The notes under the pieces: model-generated
What the model was told of the DNA's origin: nothing
Databases searched by the model: none
What the model saw: only the letters and a program-made list of their open reading frames with translations
In this document: positions 47,528 to 60,143 of the stretch, piece after piece
Layout of the letters: every line of letters begins with the position of its first letter
Numbering within the stretch: position 1 is the first letter of the stretch
Assembly (NCBI GenBank): GCA_030704615.1
Contig: CM060731.1
Span: forward strand, 16,988,001 to 17,052,000
DNA: 64,000 bases
Direction of reading: 5' to 3'
Source of the DNA: Takakia lepidozioides
Taxonomy: Eukaryota > Plantae > Bryophyta
Program-made: the position numbers and the translations under genes

Positions 47528-50500
47528 ATGACTGGCCATGTACGCCCTTGGCCACTTTCAGCGAGGAATTTGTTAACACAGCGCAAATGGGCTGTGGCTG
47601 TGGCATGGCGAAGTATTCGGATAAGGGAAAGGGGTTGGCGTATGCCGGCCTTGCTGTGCCAAACATTGTCTAAGAAACTGAAGTTCGGAGATGGTAAAGT
47701 ATTTCCCTCGGACACAAAGGTTAAAAGGAGCTGCACGAGCCTCTCAAATTCCGTGTTATACAAGTGATGTCAGTCTCTAGGGACGCCATCACAAAAGTCC
47801 CATTGCATCAGTCAAACCTCTACCTACCAAGCTAGAGGGTGTGTGAGCTGTCCTCTGGATCAACCCCACGCTCTCTAGTATGAGGGCCAATTCCTGTGCA
47901 TTACTCAGTAATCAATGACGTAACTCAATTGTTTTTGGCTGTCCACGATGATGTTGAGGCTGTCTATAGAATACTGTGGTGGTCTGAGTTCCAATCGATC
48001 TCTAGAGAGCAATTATCCCACAGGGCGCCTTGACACATTGCAAAACTCACTAACTCCAATCTTGTGCTTTCTAAATAATGTTGCCCTGAGACCAATACTC
48101 AATCCCGTGTAATCAGATTGTTTCGTTGCCTGGACACAGTCAGTATGATGATTTCGCTTCATTGTGCTGGATTGGAGCCACACCAGAGACATATATGAGT
48201 ATCCTTTGGAGGTTAGTCCTACATGGGTTATATGTCATAGCCAAAACTTGCAAGCATGTATTCCCCCTAGCTCTCTCTCCCTCACACACACATTTGAACT
48301 CTTGCCTTCAATACAGTGTAGGAATTAGTGTTCTGGTAGTTCTGTAAATATGGGCTGTAAGTGACAGCTACCTGCAGCATGGGGAAGGATCTGGTTGCAT
48401 TTTTGTTGTGGGGCAGGAATGGAGTGCGGGTGCAGATTATTCGGAGTGGACCAGATTCCAAGCCTGAGTGGACCATCAAGGCATTGTGGATTGATAGCCA
48501 GAAGAAATCAGTGTGGGTAGGTGGTCAATTGGAGTAGCGAAACCAATTGGGCAAAGGTCTTCAGCTAGTGCTGGTGTACGGGTGTCAGTGGTGCTCTTCT
48601 AGTATGACAAGCCTTCCTCTTTTACACATGCAGAGCTCTCAGTCTTCTGATATGCCTCTTTAGCTGCATGGGTGTCCAAAATACCCCCATGCCAGGAGAC
48701 TGAGACAAGGAGCATGGCTTGTACTTCTTTTAATATGGGAATAATTACTTGACATAAATGGAGCATATAAGTGTTGTGGAGGTTGGGGTGCTTTATATTA
48801 TACCCAAAAAAGACATCCTGTTTAAAATGTAGCAAGGAGCCTATCCACATGAATCCTTTTCAAAAGTATTATAGAGAAGCTTTGAGTTTATTATGTGTGT
48901 GCAAGTTTTTGATTAAGAGTCGTGCAGTGTAGCAGGGTTGAACCATGGACATCTGTTCGAGTCAGACACCACCACCTCGATCACTTTTTTCGAAAGAGGA
49001 CCAAGAGAGGGACTTGTTAAGAACTCTGCTGGTACTTGGGAAGATGTGAGGGCTCTATGTAAAGCAGGACAGCTGAAAGAGGCGCTGCACATGTTGAAAC
49101 AACAACCCATTTTGGCAGACTCCAGTACTTATGTCTGTCTCTTGCAGGGTTGCATCAAGATCAAAGGCTTGACAGAAGGAAAGCAAGTGCACGCCCACAT
49201 TATCCAACGTGCATTCAAGCCAAACATCTTTCTACTCAACAACCTTATCAACATGTATGCCAAGTGTGGGAGCATGATGGATGCATGTCAAGTTTTTGAC
49301 AAAATGCTAGAACGGGATATATTTACGTGGAATACAATGATAGCAGGATATGCCAAGAATTGTTGTGGTCAGGCAGCTTTAGAGATCTATGAGAAAATGC
49401 AAGGGGAAGGGTTGACACCAAACAGGCTCACGTTCACTTCCATCCTCAATGCATGTGCCAGCCTAGCATCTCTGGAAGAAGGTAAACAGGTCCATGCTGA
49501 CATTGTGAAATCTGGAATCGTGCCAGATGTTATTCTCGAGAATGCCCTTATATCCATGTATGCCAAATGTGGGAGCATGAGAGATGCACGTCGAGTGCTT
49601 GAAGATATGCCTCGACAAGATGTGATATCATGGAACACAATGATCGCAGGATACAGTCAGCATGAGTGTGGTAGGGAGGCTTTGGATATCTTTGGGCAAA
49701 TGATACTTGAAGGGGTGCAACCGAACAGGATCACATTCACTTGTGTTCTCAGTGTGTGTGCCAGCCTGGCAGCTCTGGAAATGGGCAAAGAAGTTCATGC
49801 TTTCATAATGAAAGCTGGAATTGTACCAGACGTCATTCTGGAAAACACCCTTGTTGACATGTATGCCAAATGTGGGAGCATGAAGGATGCATGTCAAGTG
49901 CTCAACAATATGGCTCAACGAGATGTAGTCTCATGGAATGCCTTGATTGCAGGATATGTTCAGCATGGATTTGGTAGGGAGGCTTTGAATAGCTATGAGC
50001 AAATGATACTGGATGGGGTGGTGCCGGACAACATCACAGTCACTTGCATCCTTAATACATGTGCCAGCCTGGACGCCTTGGAAAGGGGTAAAGAGATCCA
50101 TGCTGTCATAAACAAAGCTGGAATGATGTCAAATATCACTCTTGATACTGCCCTTGTCGCCATGTATGTCAGATGCGGGAGTATGAGGGATGCACGTGCA
50201 GTGTTTGACAATATGGCTGTACGGAGTGTGGTCGCCTGGAACACAATAATTACAGGGTATGCTCAGTTTGGGAGTGGTAGGGAGGCTTTCGAGATCTATG
50301 AGCAAATGACAAGCGAACGGGTGAATCCGGACAATGTCACATTCACTTGTGTTCTCAATGTGTGTGCCAGCCTTGCAGCCCTGGAGAAGGGCATAGAGGT
50401 CAACACACACATCATCAAAGCTGGAATCACACCAGACATCATTTTGAATACTGCTCTTGTCGCAATGTATGCAAAATGCGGGAGCATTAAGGATGCACGT

Positions 50501-52060
50501 CAAGTGTTCAATGATATGACTCAACGAAGTGTGGTGTCATGGAACACGATGATTGCTGGATATGCTCATTATGGGTGTGGTAAGGAAGTTTTCGAGATTT
50601 ATGAGCAAATGATATCAGAAGGGGTGCAGCCAGACAAGGTCACATTCACTTGCCTTCTCAAGGTGTGCGCCAGTCGGGCATGTCTGGAAAAGGGCATAGA
50701 GGTTCATGCTGGCATTTGCAAAGCAAAAATATCACCAGATATCATTTTGGAGACTACCCTTGTTGATATGTATTCCAAATGCAGGAGAATGACGGATGCT
50801 CGTCAAGTGTTTGACAACATGGCTGAACGAGATGTGGTCTCATGGAATGCCATGATTGCAGGATATACTCAGCATCAGTCTGGTAGGGAGGCTTTGGAGG
50901 TATATAAGCAAATGATAGGAAAAGGGGTGATGCCCAACAAGGTCACGTTCATTTGCGTTCTCAATGCATGTGCCAGCCTCGCAGCCCTGCAAAAGGGCAA
51001 AGAGGTTCATGCTGACATCATCAAAATTGGAGTTGCACCAGATCTCATCCTGGGGAATACCCTTGTTGACATGTATGCTAAATGTGGGAGCATGAAGGAT
51101 GCACGCCAAGTGCTTGACGGTATGGTTGAACGCGATGTGGTCTCATGGAATGCGATGATTGCAGGGTATGCCCATCATGGTTGTGGAATAGAAGCCCTGC
51201 AATTATTTGAGGATATGCTAGAGCAAGGTTTGAAGCCGAATGGCATCACCTTTGTATGTCTTCTCTCTGCATGCAGCCACGTGGGCCTGGTAGATGAAGG
51301 TGGTCGATACTTTGATTCCATGAGTCGAGATCACGGCCTCACTCCTAAGGTGGAGCACTTTGGTTGCATGGTGGATCTTCTAGGCCGTGCAGGGCGTCTG
51401 GATGAGGCAGAGGACTTCATCAGAAAAATGCCTATAGAACCAAATGATTCAGTGTGGCGGGCCTTGCTTGGTGCTTGCAGAAATCATGGCAATGTGGAGC
51501 TAGCAGAACGCATGGCAACATGCCTTCTCAAAGTAAATCCTCAGGATGCTGCAACTTATGTGCTGCTATCAAACATTTATGCTGCAAGTGGCAGGTGGGA
51601 TGATCACGCAAAGGTGATGAAAAAGATGGAGGACAGAAGTGTGAGAAAGTTGCCAGGTCACAGCTGCATTGAGGTGGATAACCAGGTGCATACATTTGTT
51701 ATTGATGACAAATCACATCCACAAATTGCTGAAATCCAAGCCGAGCTGAAGAGATTGTCGAGGGAGATGAGGGAGGCTGGGTATGTGCCTGACACACAAT
51801 TTGTATTGCATGATGTAGAGGAAGAGCAAAAGGAATTACATCTTTGCCACCACAGTGAGAAGCTGGCTATTGCTTTTGGCCTCATCAGCACACCGCCTGG
51901 GACGCCTATCCGTGTCATCAACAACCTCCGGGTGTGTGGTGACTGCCATACGGCCACCAAGGTTATCTCAAAGATTGTTGCGCGAGGTATTGTTGTACGA
52001 GATGCCAATCGCTTCCACCACTTCCAAGATGGAGTTTGTTCTTGTGGGGATTTCTGGTAA
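47528..52060 (+). CDS. PLS-E1-E2-DYW PPR protein (PG-type, C-to-U organellar RNA editing factor); main exon 48936-52060, putative first exon 47528-47693
   Basis: 1040-aa ORF with 23 PPR motifs (7 L, 7 S, 6 P, then P2-L2-S2), E1/E2, PG box KLPGHSCIEV, HSEKLA, CGDCH and terminal CSCGDFW. The ORF opens after a CAG acceptor (48935) with no early ATG. An Arg/Trp/Ala-rich upstream exon ends in a phase-compatible G|GTAAAG donor (inferred). Confidence 0.93.
48436..48537 (+). pseudogene. Degenerate second-half PDF exon upstream of the DYW-PPR main exon
   Basis: After gggtgcag the frame reads IIRSGPDSKPEWTIKALWIDSQKKSVWVGGQLE*. The preceding ~120 nt resemble the intron of the 16.5-17.6 kb units. Confidence 0.7.
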
Positions 52061-52356
52061 AACAAGCAACCCACCTCAAAGAAATTACGTTGCCTGAACC
52101 TGACAGAAAATGAGGAGGATAAGTTGTCCTTATCCTTGCATGGAGGATATACAAAGAGACATTACCAGACAAATTGATCAGGTATTTTTATTTCTGATTA
52201 TTAATACTTGTCGGGCCAAACAATGGACAGTTATGCTGCCACATCAAAATGGACACTATGGAGTTATTCTTGATGTACGATTGTATGAAGAATCTATGTC
52301 CACTGTGGGGACATAGATTCTTCATGTGCGTTTATGCTAAGTTGTTGAATAGCTCA

Positions 52357-52960
52357 GTTTTTCTTTCTTTCTTTTTCTTTCATTAAAAGGGGACAGATGC
52401 CCTTGTACATATTAGAAAGGGAATGAAACCCAAAAAACGGCCGGGGCGGAGTGTTTAATCCGAGCTAGCCAAGGCGGCCAGTAAATGAGAAGAAAGCTGG
52501 GAAAAAATAACCCTGCAAGGGCCATACAGGCAAATTAAGGGAAGGGAAGGGAAGTCCCAGGGGGCCAAAGCAAAAAACCCTCGAAAGGGCAAAGGCAGGA
52601 GCCCCAGAGAAGGAAACAGAGGGGAAGGGATGTAAACTAACTCAAAACCAACATCAAACTCCAGCAAAATCTAGGTGTGCCTTGCTCCTGCTGGGGCGAA
52701 TCTGCTGTTGTCTCCAATTGACCTCTCCCTCGTCAGCATCAGCCTGAGGACTCCCACGCAGAGGGGAGGAAATCATGCCAGAGAATTCATGCATCTGACA
52801 GCATAGGAAGTTGTCCTTGCCCCAGAAGTCATCAAAAGCCTTGAGAAGCTGCACCTTCCTTCTTTCGGAGCACCTGCACAGAGCTGAGCCCAGGACGGCT
52901 TACAATTGAAAAAGGGCATATGAGCAGCCTGATGTTATCCGTAAGTTCCCAAGCGACCTG
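52357..52960 (-). mobile_element. Probable 3' end of a 5'-truncated LINE
   Basis: T-rich tract at 52357-52380 (A-rich tail on the minus strand), preceded by a pyrimidine-rich UTR and a coding-like tail LLKAFDDFWGKDNFLCC...VNW. Confidence 0.4.
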
Positions 52961-55900
52961 AATCGGGTCACTTTGAATTTGCAGTTCGACCTAATTTCTG
53001 CAGATCTAGTCTGATGGGGCCCACTCCTGAAGCTTTAATGACAAGGGATTTGTCTCCAGTAAAAAAAACTAGGACCTACAAAAAATATCTTAGATTTCTC
53101 CAGAGTATGTCCCCGCGATTCTCCAGAATATGTCCTTGCAGATTCTCCTCAGTACGTTTTGGGGCCTGAAAAGGGCTTGTTGAAAGCTGACGTGGCAGGT
53201 AAACAAGCCCAAAACAGATTGCACTCCAAAGGCCATTTTTGGCAGAAAATTAGCAATTTTGGAAAAAGCACTTCACCTTGTGGTGTGTGAGCATTACATA
53301 CACACATCCACAGTTGGCTTTTAAGAAATTTGTAGAAAAAAAAGTACTTCATTTGGAGGCAGATTTCAACCCCCATGTAATTGCATGAATAGCAAGCATA
53401 GGTGAAAAAATCTGTTGGACCTGCAATTTAGTGGGGTCATAGCCACTCCACTATTGATTTGGAAATGGTGGGTCTCGGGGTTGGGTAAAGCTAGGTTTTA
53501 ATTTGGTCAAACCAATTTCTTTCTCATTTTTTCTTTGGGACCTCATATTTGAGGTCCGGACCAACGCTATAATCTCACAATTTCCACGGTGGACTTGGCT
53601 CATTTTTTGGTATGTCATAAATGAGCTGGGCCCATTGCTATAAGGCTAGAATCTCTGGATGATTTTTGGTAGGATTCTAGGGGCAATTTACTGCAGCTGG
53701 GTACCCAAAATTGGTATAATATCAAAAAAGGGCTTGGGAACTTAAGGGTTATAGTTAGCTTGGGTGGTTGTCTTACATATATAGCAGCTAGATTAAGATT
53801 AGCCACAATGGGGCAGCCAAGGTGTGAGGGACTCGTGTTTAGGTTTCACATGTGCTATATGAGCTGGGGGCTTGGGCTCTGGTTACTATTTGGTTCAAAA
53901 CTGTGTACTATGGATGTGGTGGATATGATTGTGTTAATGTATGTTGGTAGAATATGTGTTGAATGAATATATTGATGACAAATTCTCCCTATCAGTAAGT
54001 CACATCCCTAGAAATATACCATTCACTTGTCACTTCACCCTCAAAAGCTACCTTCTGTTTCCATTTGGAAGTGCAAGATGAAAGAACAATTATTATAGAA
54101 GATTGTAAATCATTCCTCGTCAGAAAGAGCGAAAGAAAAAACAATTGTGGTGAATCTTCCGTGTTCATATCATTACAGAGCCTTCATTATTCGGAACAAT
54201 GACCAATTAGTGCACTAGTAGGATGTATCATTTCCTTAATCTGCGATGCCCATCCCATACGTAGAACATCTTCCCAACAACATATTTGGTTATGATATTT
54301 GGCTATAGGTCCTAGTTCTCAAACTTGTCATTGGTTTCCCTTCTTTTCCTGGGAGCGGCGCAAGCTGTTGCATCTCAAGTGAAGTGAGACAACATAGCAC
54401 TGCCCCTCCTTCTTTACTCACACTGCAACTCAATATGTTCACTCTGACTTGTATGTCCTCCCGAAATGTTTATATGTATTTTGTAGTTCTTCTTCAAAAG
54501 TACATAGTGGAAGATTCAATGGAACATATGGTGTTATTTCACACTAAAGGACTTACGTCTTCCATTTTTTCAAACTACATGTAAGAAATAAAATAAAAAA
54601 TCATATAGCAGAAGAAGAAAAGAGAAAGACTCTAGCCAACTTAGCCGACCTTACTAAATAATCACTTCACTTTGCGGTTATTGCCCATATCGGGGATGGG
54701 CTTCTTAGGATCATCAAATAAACAGTAGTATTGGGCCTAGGAGATACTATTAGGTAGATTGGTTGTTTTGGAGGTTGCAAATTTTATTTGTAATGATGGT
54801 TGTTAGGGTTCTGATGGTGGTGAGATGGAATTCTCTAGAGCATCTTGTTAGATTGTCTAGATGCATGGGGAGATCAGAGTTGATGAGTTTATGCGTCTGT
54901 TTGTGTAGATGCCTCCACACATGCGTGGCCACGATTATCTATAGCTAGGTGTCACGGGCATGTGGACTATTGGTACATAATGCGTAGATGGGGCAAAATA
55001 AACGTTTCCATTGATTACCCTTGTATTTGACATAACTGAATTGAAGGGTTCGTTCAATCTGTGCGTATGTGGTGGCTTTGGTATCCCAGAAGTAGATGGA
55101 GAGTTTGTGATTCAAAACATTCAATTGTGTCAAGAAGGACACATTTCAGTAGAAGGCAGTAGCTCTTTGGGATGAAACCGTCCATGAATATATGTAGTCT
55201 TGGTAAAAGTTGTGCATGCATTATGGCTATTGGGCTGAAATAGCTTTTAAACATGTAAGTGCCTCAAAACAAAAACACAGTGTTTTTTGGTCATATCGGT
55301 AGGAGGGACCACACTTGGTGGCAAACAAGATGATGTAACCTCCATAGACACTCTCCGGCACCCATTGTTCATACCCTTATTCAAGTCCAAGAGGGCCTCC
55401 TAGTATTCTTCGTTAAAATCATGGTCGACTTGTTGTAGAACTACATGATGTTTATTAACGGTTCTTGATGCATCTCAATACCTCCAACCATGTCTTGTTG
55501 CATGGTTTAAACGTCTCCGCTGAATTAGAGTTAAAGCAATACCTTTGTCAGTAGCTCGTCCGCCTCCATTTGACGACTAGTGAGCAGTGTAGCTACGGTG
55601 TGAGCCTAGCCCCGTGAGCATGCAAGCTGGGCTCACGCTTCATCCACTAAGCGTAAGCACAAATGCATTATTGTACGTAAACGATGCCCTATATCCGAGG
55701 AAGGAGGATCAGGGCCTATTACCGTGGAATAAAGACCATAAAGAGAAGAAAGAAAAAGCCCACAACTTAGTAATTTTAGCCATAAAATTGTAAATGATAA
55801 GCATGACATACAAGATAACCATGTAATGACTTGAAATGGTAAATGAACACTGAACAAATTGGACGAAAATTATCTATAAATGTTTGGATGAAAGTCATAT

Positions 55901-58399
55901 TGTTCAAATATAGCTTGAGTTGCACTTAATAATGTAAAAAGCTGTAGGGAGATGCTCCTAAATATGATATATATGAACATTCAAACGTGTTGGTGAGTCA
56001 TCTCGCTCTAGAAGAGTATCAACTTTGTTGGGAATGGGTTGGTAACTTTGTTGGGTCAGAAACCTCATATTGGGAAAGATGCAATACCAATGTTTGTAAG
56101 AGACATACTTCCCACTCTTCCCCATACTACTTGAAAGTATGCATATGGAATTATGACAGATGCAATTTGGATACCGTAAGAGGCCCCTTATTTCGACGGA
56201 CCCTGCCGGAATCATTAAATACATGCAGGTCACCAAGTTCGGTAGACTTAATGACAATATTATTTTTTTCGTCCAATCTTCATCCAATTTCTGGAATTCC
56301 TCACCCTTGGGTACTTTTCACTAAATTAGGTGGACCATGTCATGATTCACATACACTTGACATTCTCTGTGGCAAATCATAATTATGGTTGGCCATAACT
56401 CTTTGCGGCAAGCCATAATCATGGTTAGTGGTAAACGCAATAAGTCTCAAACTTGACGTTTAGGAGTTCACTACCGTATTTTTGTTGCATTTGGTAGTTG
56501 CCACCTTTTTTTTTTCAAAGTTCATTTTTTAAAATGAAGATTATTCCTATAATTCGTCTATTCCTAGGGCAGAATTTTAAAATATTCGTCCTCTCTTAAA
56601 ATGAATTAATTAAAGTCGGAATAGAGCGACCTCTACGGTAATTCCCAACCGTATGTCATATATCATGTGATGAAGAACAAAGCCAGAAGTAACCAGTGTG
56701 CATTTCTCTCCCTTTCTCTTGGTGACATACTTTCCAAGTATCAATTTGAAGAGGTTGGTGGCAAAGAAGAAGAGGTAAGGTACGATAGAGATGGAAGATA
56801 TGGCTAAAACTATGTACCTCAGTTTCAGCTTTCTCGCACTTCTCTCGGTATCATTTAGAAGCATCAATTTGAAGAGGTTGGTAGCACAAAATAAAAAACA
56901 TGAGGTGCAACGTACATATGTGAGAGAGCTGAAACTCTATGCGTTACACAACATGTGTGTGCGTGTGTTTTTTTTTTAATTTTATTTTTTGGGTGAGAGA
57001 AGTGTGAGAGGGTCCTAAAATTCAGTGCAGACGTACTCAATTTCAGCCCTTTTTTCATAGTTGTTTTAGAGTTGTACAACGAGATGGAGGTGGTGGTAGA
57101 GGGAGAGATAACGTTTGTAAAAAGTTATGCAAGGACAGGTTGTTGGTAGTAGAGGCATGAAAGAGAAGTGCTAGAGAGGCTTGGAATTGAGTGCTTCCAA
57201 CTGCCTATGTATAACGTGCAGATAATTGCAAGGCAGCTTCGTTCAATATGCCCCAAGTTTGGGTGGGCCTGTCCATTAGAGGGTGGTCTAGGAATTAAAA
57301 GCAGGGGTTATAGTAAGCTACACCAGGAATTGAATTAATAGCCATCATGTAAGGGGGTAAAAAAGAAAAGGTAGGAAGCCCACACCTATTAAATGGGTGA
57401 TGGTTCGGACCAAATTGGGTAAAGCAGTGTCACGTGGTGGTTTTTATGGGTGACATGGACTTCTAGAAGGGTCCCACCACTTGAGGGGTACTGGGCTGGC
57501 TTCTAGAAAGATCCCACCACCCTTAGAGGTACATAAAGGAGAGGGGGCTCTCTTCCCTTCCCTTGCCTCTTACTACTTACTAACTTAGTACCTAGGGGGC
57601 TCTGCACACACAGGGCCAAAAAAAAAAAAAAAGCAAGCATAGATGTATTAATTAAAAGGGACAGTGAGCTGAATAAGCCTCCCACTTCGTTCAATCACCT
57701 AGTCCTACGAACTTCGATTACATTTGTAGACGGTTTGTTCTTGGGCTAGGGTGTTTGTAGATGATAATGTCTCTGTTTCAGGGGATAACACTAGTTTAAT
57801 TGCAAAACCATTTCCACATATTCTGGTCTTGCATGATCACCTGAAATAAAATCTATTGATGTTCTGCAAAATGTGTTTCAAATAATGCTTTGTTGCTACG
57901 TCTTAAGTAAGATATTGGACTTCATGGTTTGAAATCCATCCGATGACGTTATTTGTGGTATTGTTTTTGCTTAGTGGATTCGACATATTTGCATGATATT
58001 TGATTTTAAGGATTTGTGTGTTTTTTCTAGAACACTGAGGGTTGTTTGCCATAATTCGTCCACCGTTATAAGACTTTTTCTGTGGTTCTCACAAAAAATG
58101 GGTGGGTTTACGTGTGAGCTTGTGTAGGTTCATAGGCTCATGCATCCACATAATCCTCAAACCGTCTTTTATTTAAGAATGATGAGGCTTCATTTGCTTC
58201 CCTCTTCATGATTTGGCAAGAAGAAATGAAAGAAGTGGGAGTGAAGAGTGAAGAGTGAAGGAAAATGAGAGAGAATCTGGAGGGGGATAGAAATAAGTGA
58301 AAGAGAGAGACCAACAGAGTGATAGAGATACATGTAATATAGGGCATCATGAAATGAGGATGTTTAGGTCATCAACAAAATAGATGTACCACATGATCT

Positions 58400-59200
58400 A
58401 GGTCGTTGAATAAAATCCAACACCACTATCAACCAAACCACCACTGTCATAATATATTGGTTGTGTATCCTAGTACTGTAATCTATTTGGTCTTTGGCCA
58501 TAATATCTTTATATTAAAGCAGCTCAAAGTCCTCATTAGAAATTTCCTTTGGGGAGCCATGTTGGTGGACTACAAAATGAGGGCCATGGTATGGGCTATG
58601 ATTATTGCAAATTCCAGAAAACAAGGTAGCAATCCGGTTCAGGATGTAATCGAATTTGGTAGGTACTTCAAACCCAAAAAAGGAAAAGAACTCTTACCAA
58701 AGCAAGTGTGTTGACCCCAAAGGGCTAATGCTTTCCAATGGGAATTAGGTGGACACCTTCTAACATCCAACACACTTATGTGATTCTGAATCCACAACCA
58801 CTAAGAAATTTTATTATGCCCTTACCTCTTGGCTGTCTATTGGAATGCTCAAATCGGTGTAGAAGAAATTGTGTTTTCTCCTGCAATTTGATCATTTAAG
58901 AGTAAGACAATTCTATTCTACATGCAACTTGGGGCACCGTCAATGGATGCATGTTGATTGCCATCCATATTCTGAATCTACTATGGAAATCCTATTCAGT
59001 CTGGTCTTGTCAGCTAAGATTAATTTTGACCTCATGGCGTATTTGGAAATGTTGTTGTGAAAAGCTATTCAATTTATCTTGCCCTTGTACTAGATCTATG
59101 TTATAAATATCTTTTTATGATTTGCGTCTAATAGAGGATCCAAGATAGGTTAATCACTCTCTTCCAAGTTTTCTACACACTCTGTAGCATCTTTCGAAGT
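58400..59200 (+). mobile_element. Degenerate L1-type LINE ORF2 remnant
   Basis: ILKQLKVLIRNFLWG....KMRAMVWAMI resembles the IRNFLWG...RAKVAW..I block downstream of plant L1 reverse transcriptases. Confidence 0.55.
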
Positions 59201-60048
59201 TTGTGGCAACCTCTGTTTAATGTCAAATCTCCTAGCTACATTAGACTTTTACTATTGAGTGTCTATTTGTACATCATGACTAAGGGGCAAGGAATGACAT
59301 GTCAACTCTACAGCTATGTGCAGGTCATGCTTAGGGAGTATACAAGTAAAAGTATTTATTGCGAACTTTGACTTAATCTTAAGTCGGGCTTCCTTTGCTT
59401 TAGAATCTGATATTCCACAATCTTCACATAATACTCGACTCTCTCATAGAGATGCAGATGACAATGACATCCATTATTACTATTATTTTATTATTATTTG
59501 ACAATGACATCCATTGGAAGCATCGGAAATCCAGAACACCAAGAACAAGACGCATTTTAGGCACTCTTCCGTTGCAATTAACATTAGAATCCATCTAGTT
59601 TGAGATTTATTATTATTATTATTATTATTTTCAAAAAGGGAAACACCTGGGAGCGACAGAGGCTCACAAATCATGCCCCTTGATAGTGAGAGGAGAAAAT
59701 AACCTCTTTCATTTATGCGAATGAGTGGGACACAGCCCAGGGACCATACCACACCCGTCAGTAGCAAGATTTGACCCGAGAATCATCTGGGTGGCACTCG
59801 GTGCACTTAACCATCTGAGCTACGGACTGACCATTGTGAAAGCTGGGTTTTGACCGATTTCTACAAAACCCAGCTTTCGGAATTGGCATGGGGGACGCAC
59901 TTTCTGGTAAAACTGGCGTCCTAGACAGGCTTTGGGACAAGTGGGATGATTAGCATTCCAAGGGACATGAAGGGACAGTGTGTCCCACAGAGTTGGGGGC
60001 TGCAAGGGGAACAGGGGTTAGTTGTGGGGTTAGGTGGGTGGCCGCGAG

Positions 60049-60072
60049 CGAGAGAGAGAGAGAGAGAGAGAG
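60049..60072. repeat. (GA)n microsatellite upstream of the CDPK start codon
   Basis: Run of about 11 GA units. Confidence 0.9.
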
Positions 60073-60143
60073 GGGGAGGATTCGCGGAACGGAGCAGTGC
60101 AGTGCAGGGATCGGAGGGGCACATCAGGAGGGTTGCAACAACC

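Noticed and set aside
51640-52060. DYW:KP-type (U-to-C) editing domain
   Set aside because: The domain has a PG box (KLPGHSCIEV), canonical HSEKLA and CSCGDFW, all typical of C-to-U factors.
53950-56400. Possible very old hAT-like transposase on the minus strand
   Set aside because: Only vague motif echoes with many stops; cannot be supported without a translated search.
53093-57535. Small direct repeats (23-bp tandem at ~53095, 20-bp pair at 56740/56863, ~33-bp pair at 57460/57500)
   Set aside because: Ordinary slippage-type duplications in decayed repetitive DNA with no further structure.
59946-60143. 66-aa N-terminal extension of the CDPK
   Set aside because: It runs through a GA microsatellite and would bury the MGxxC acylation motif.
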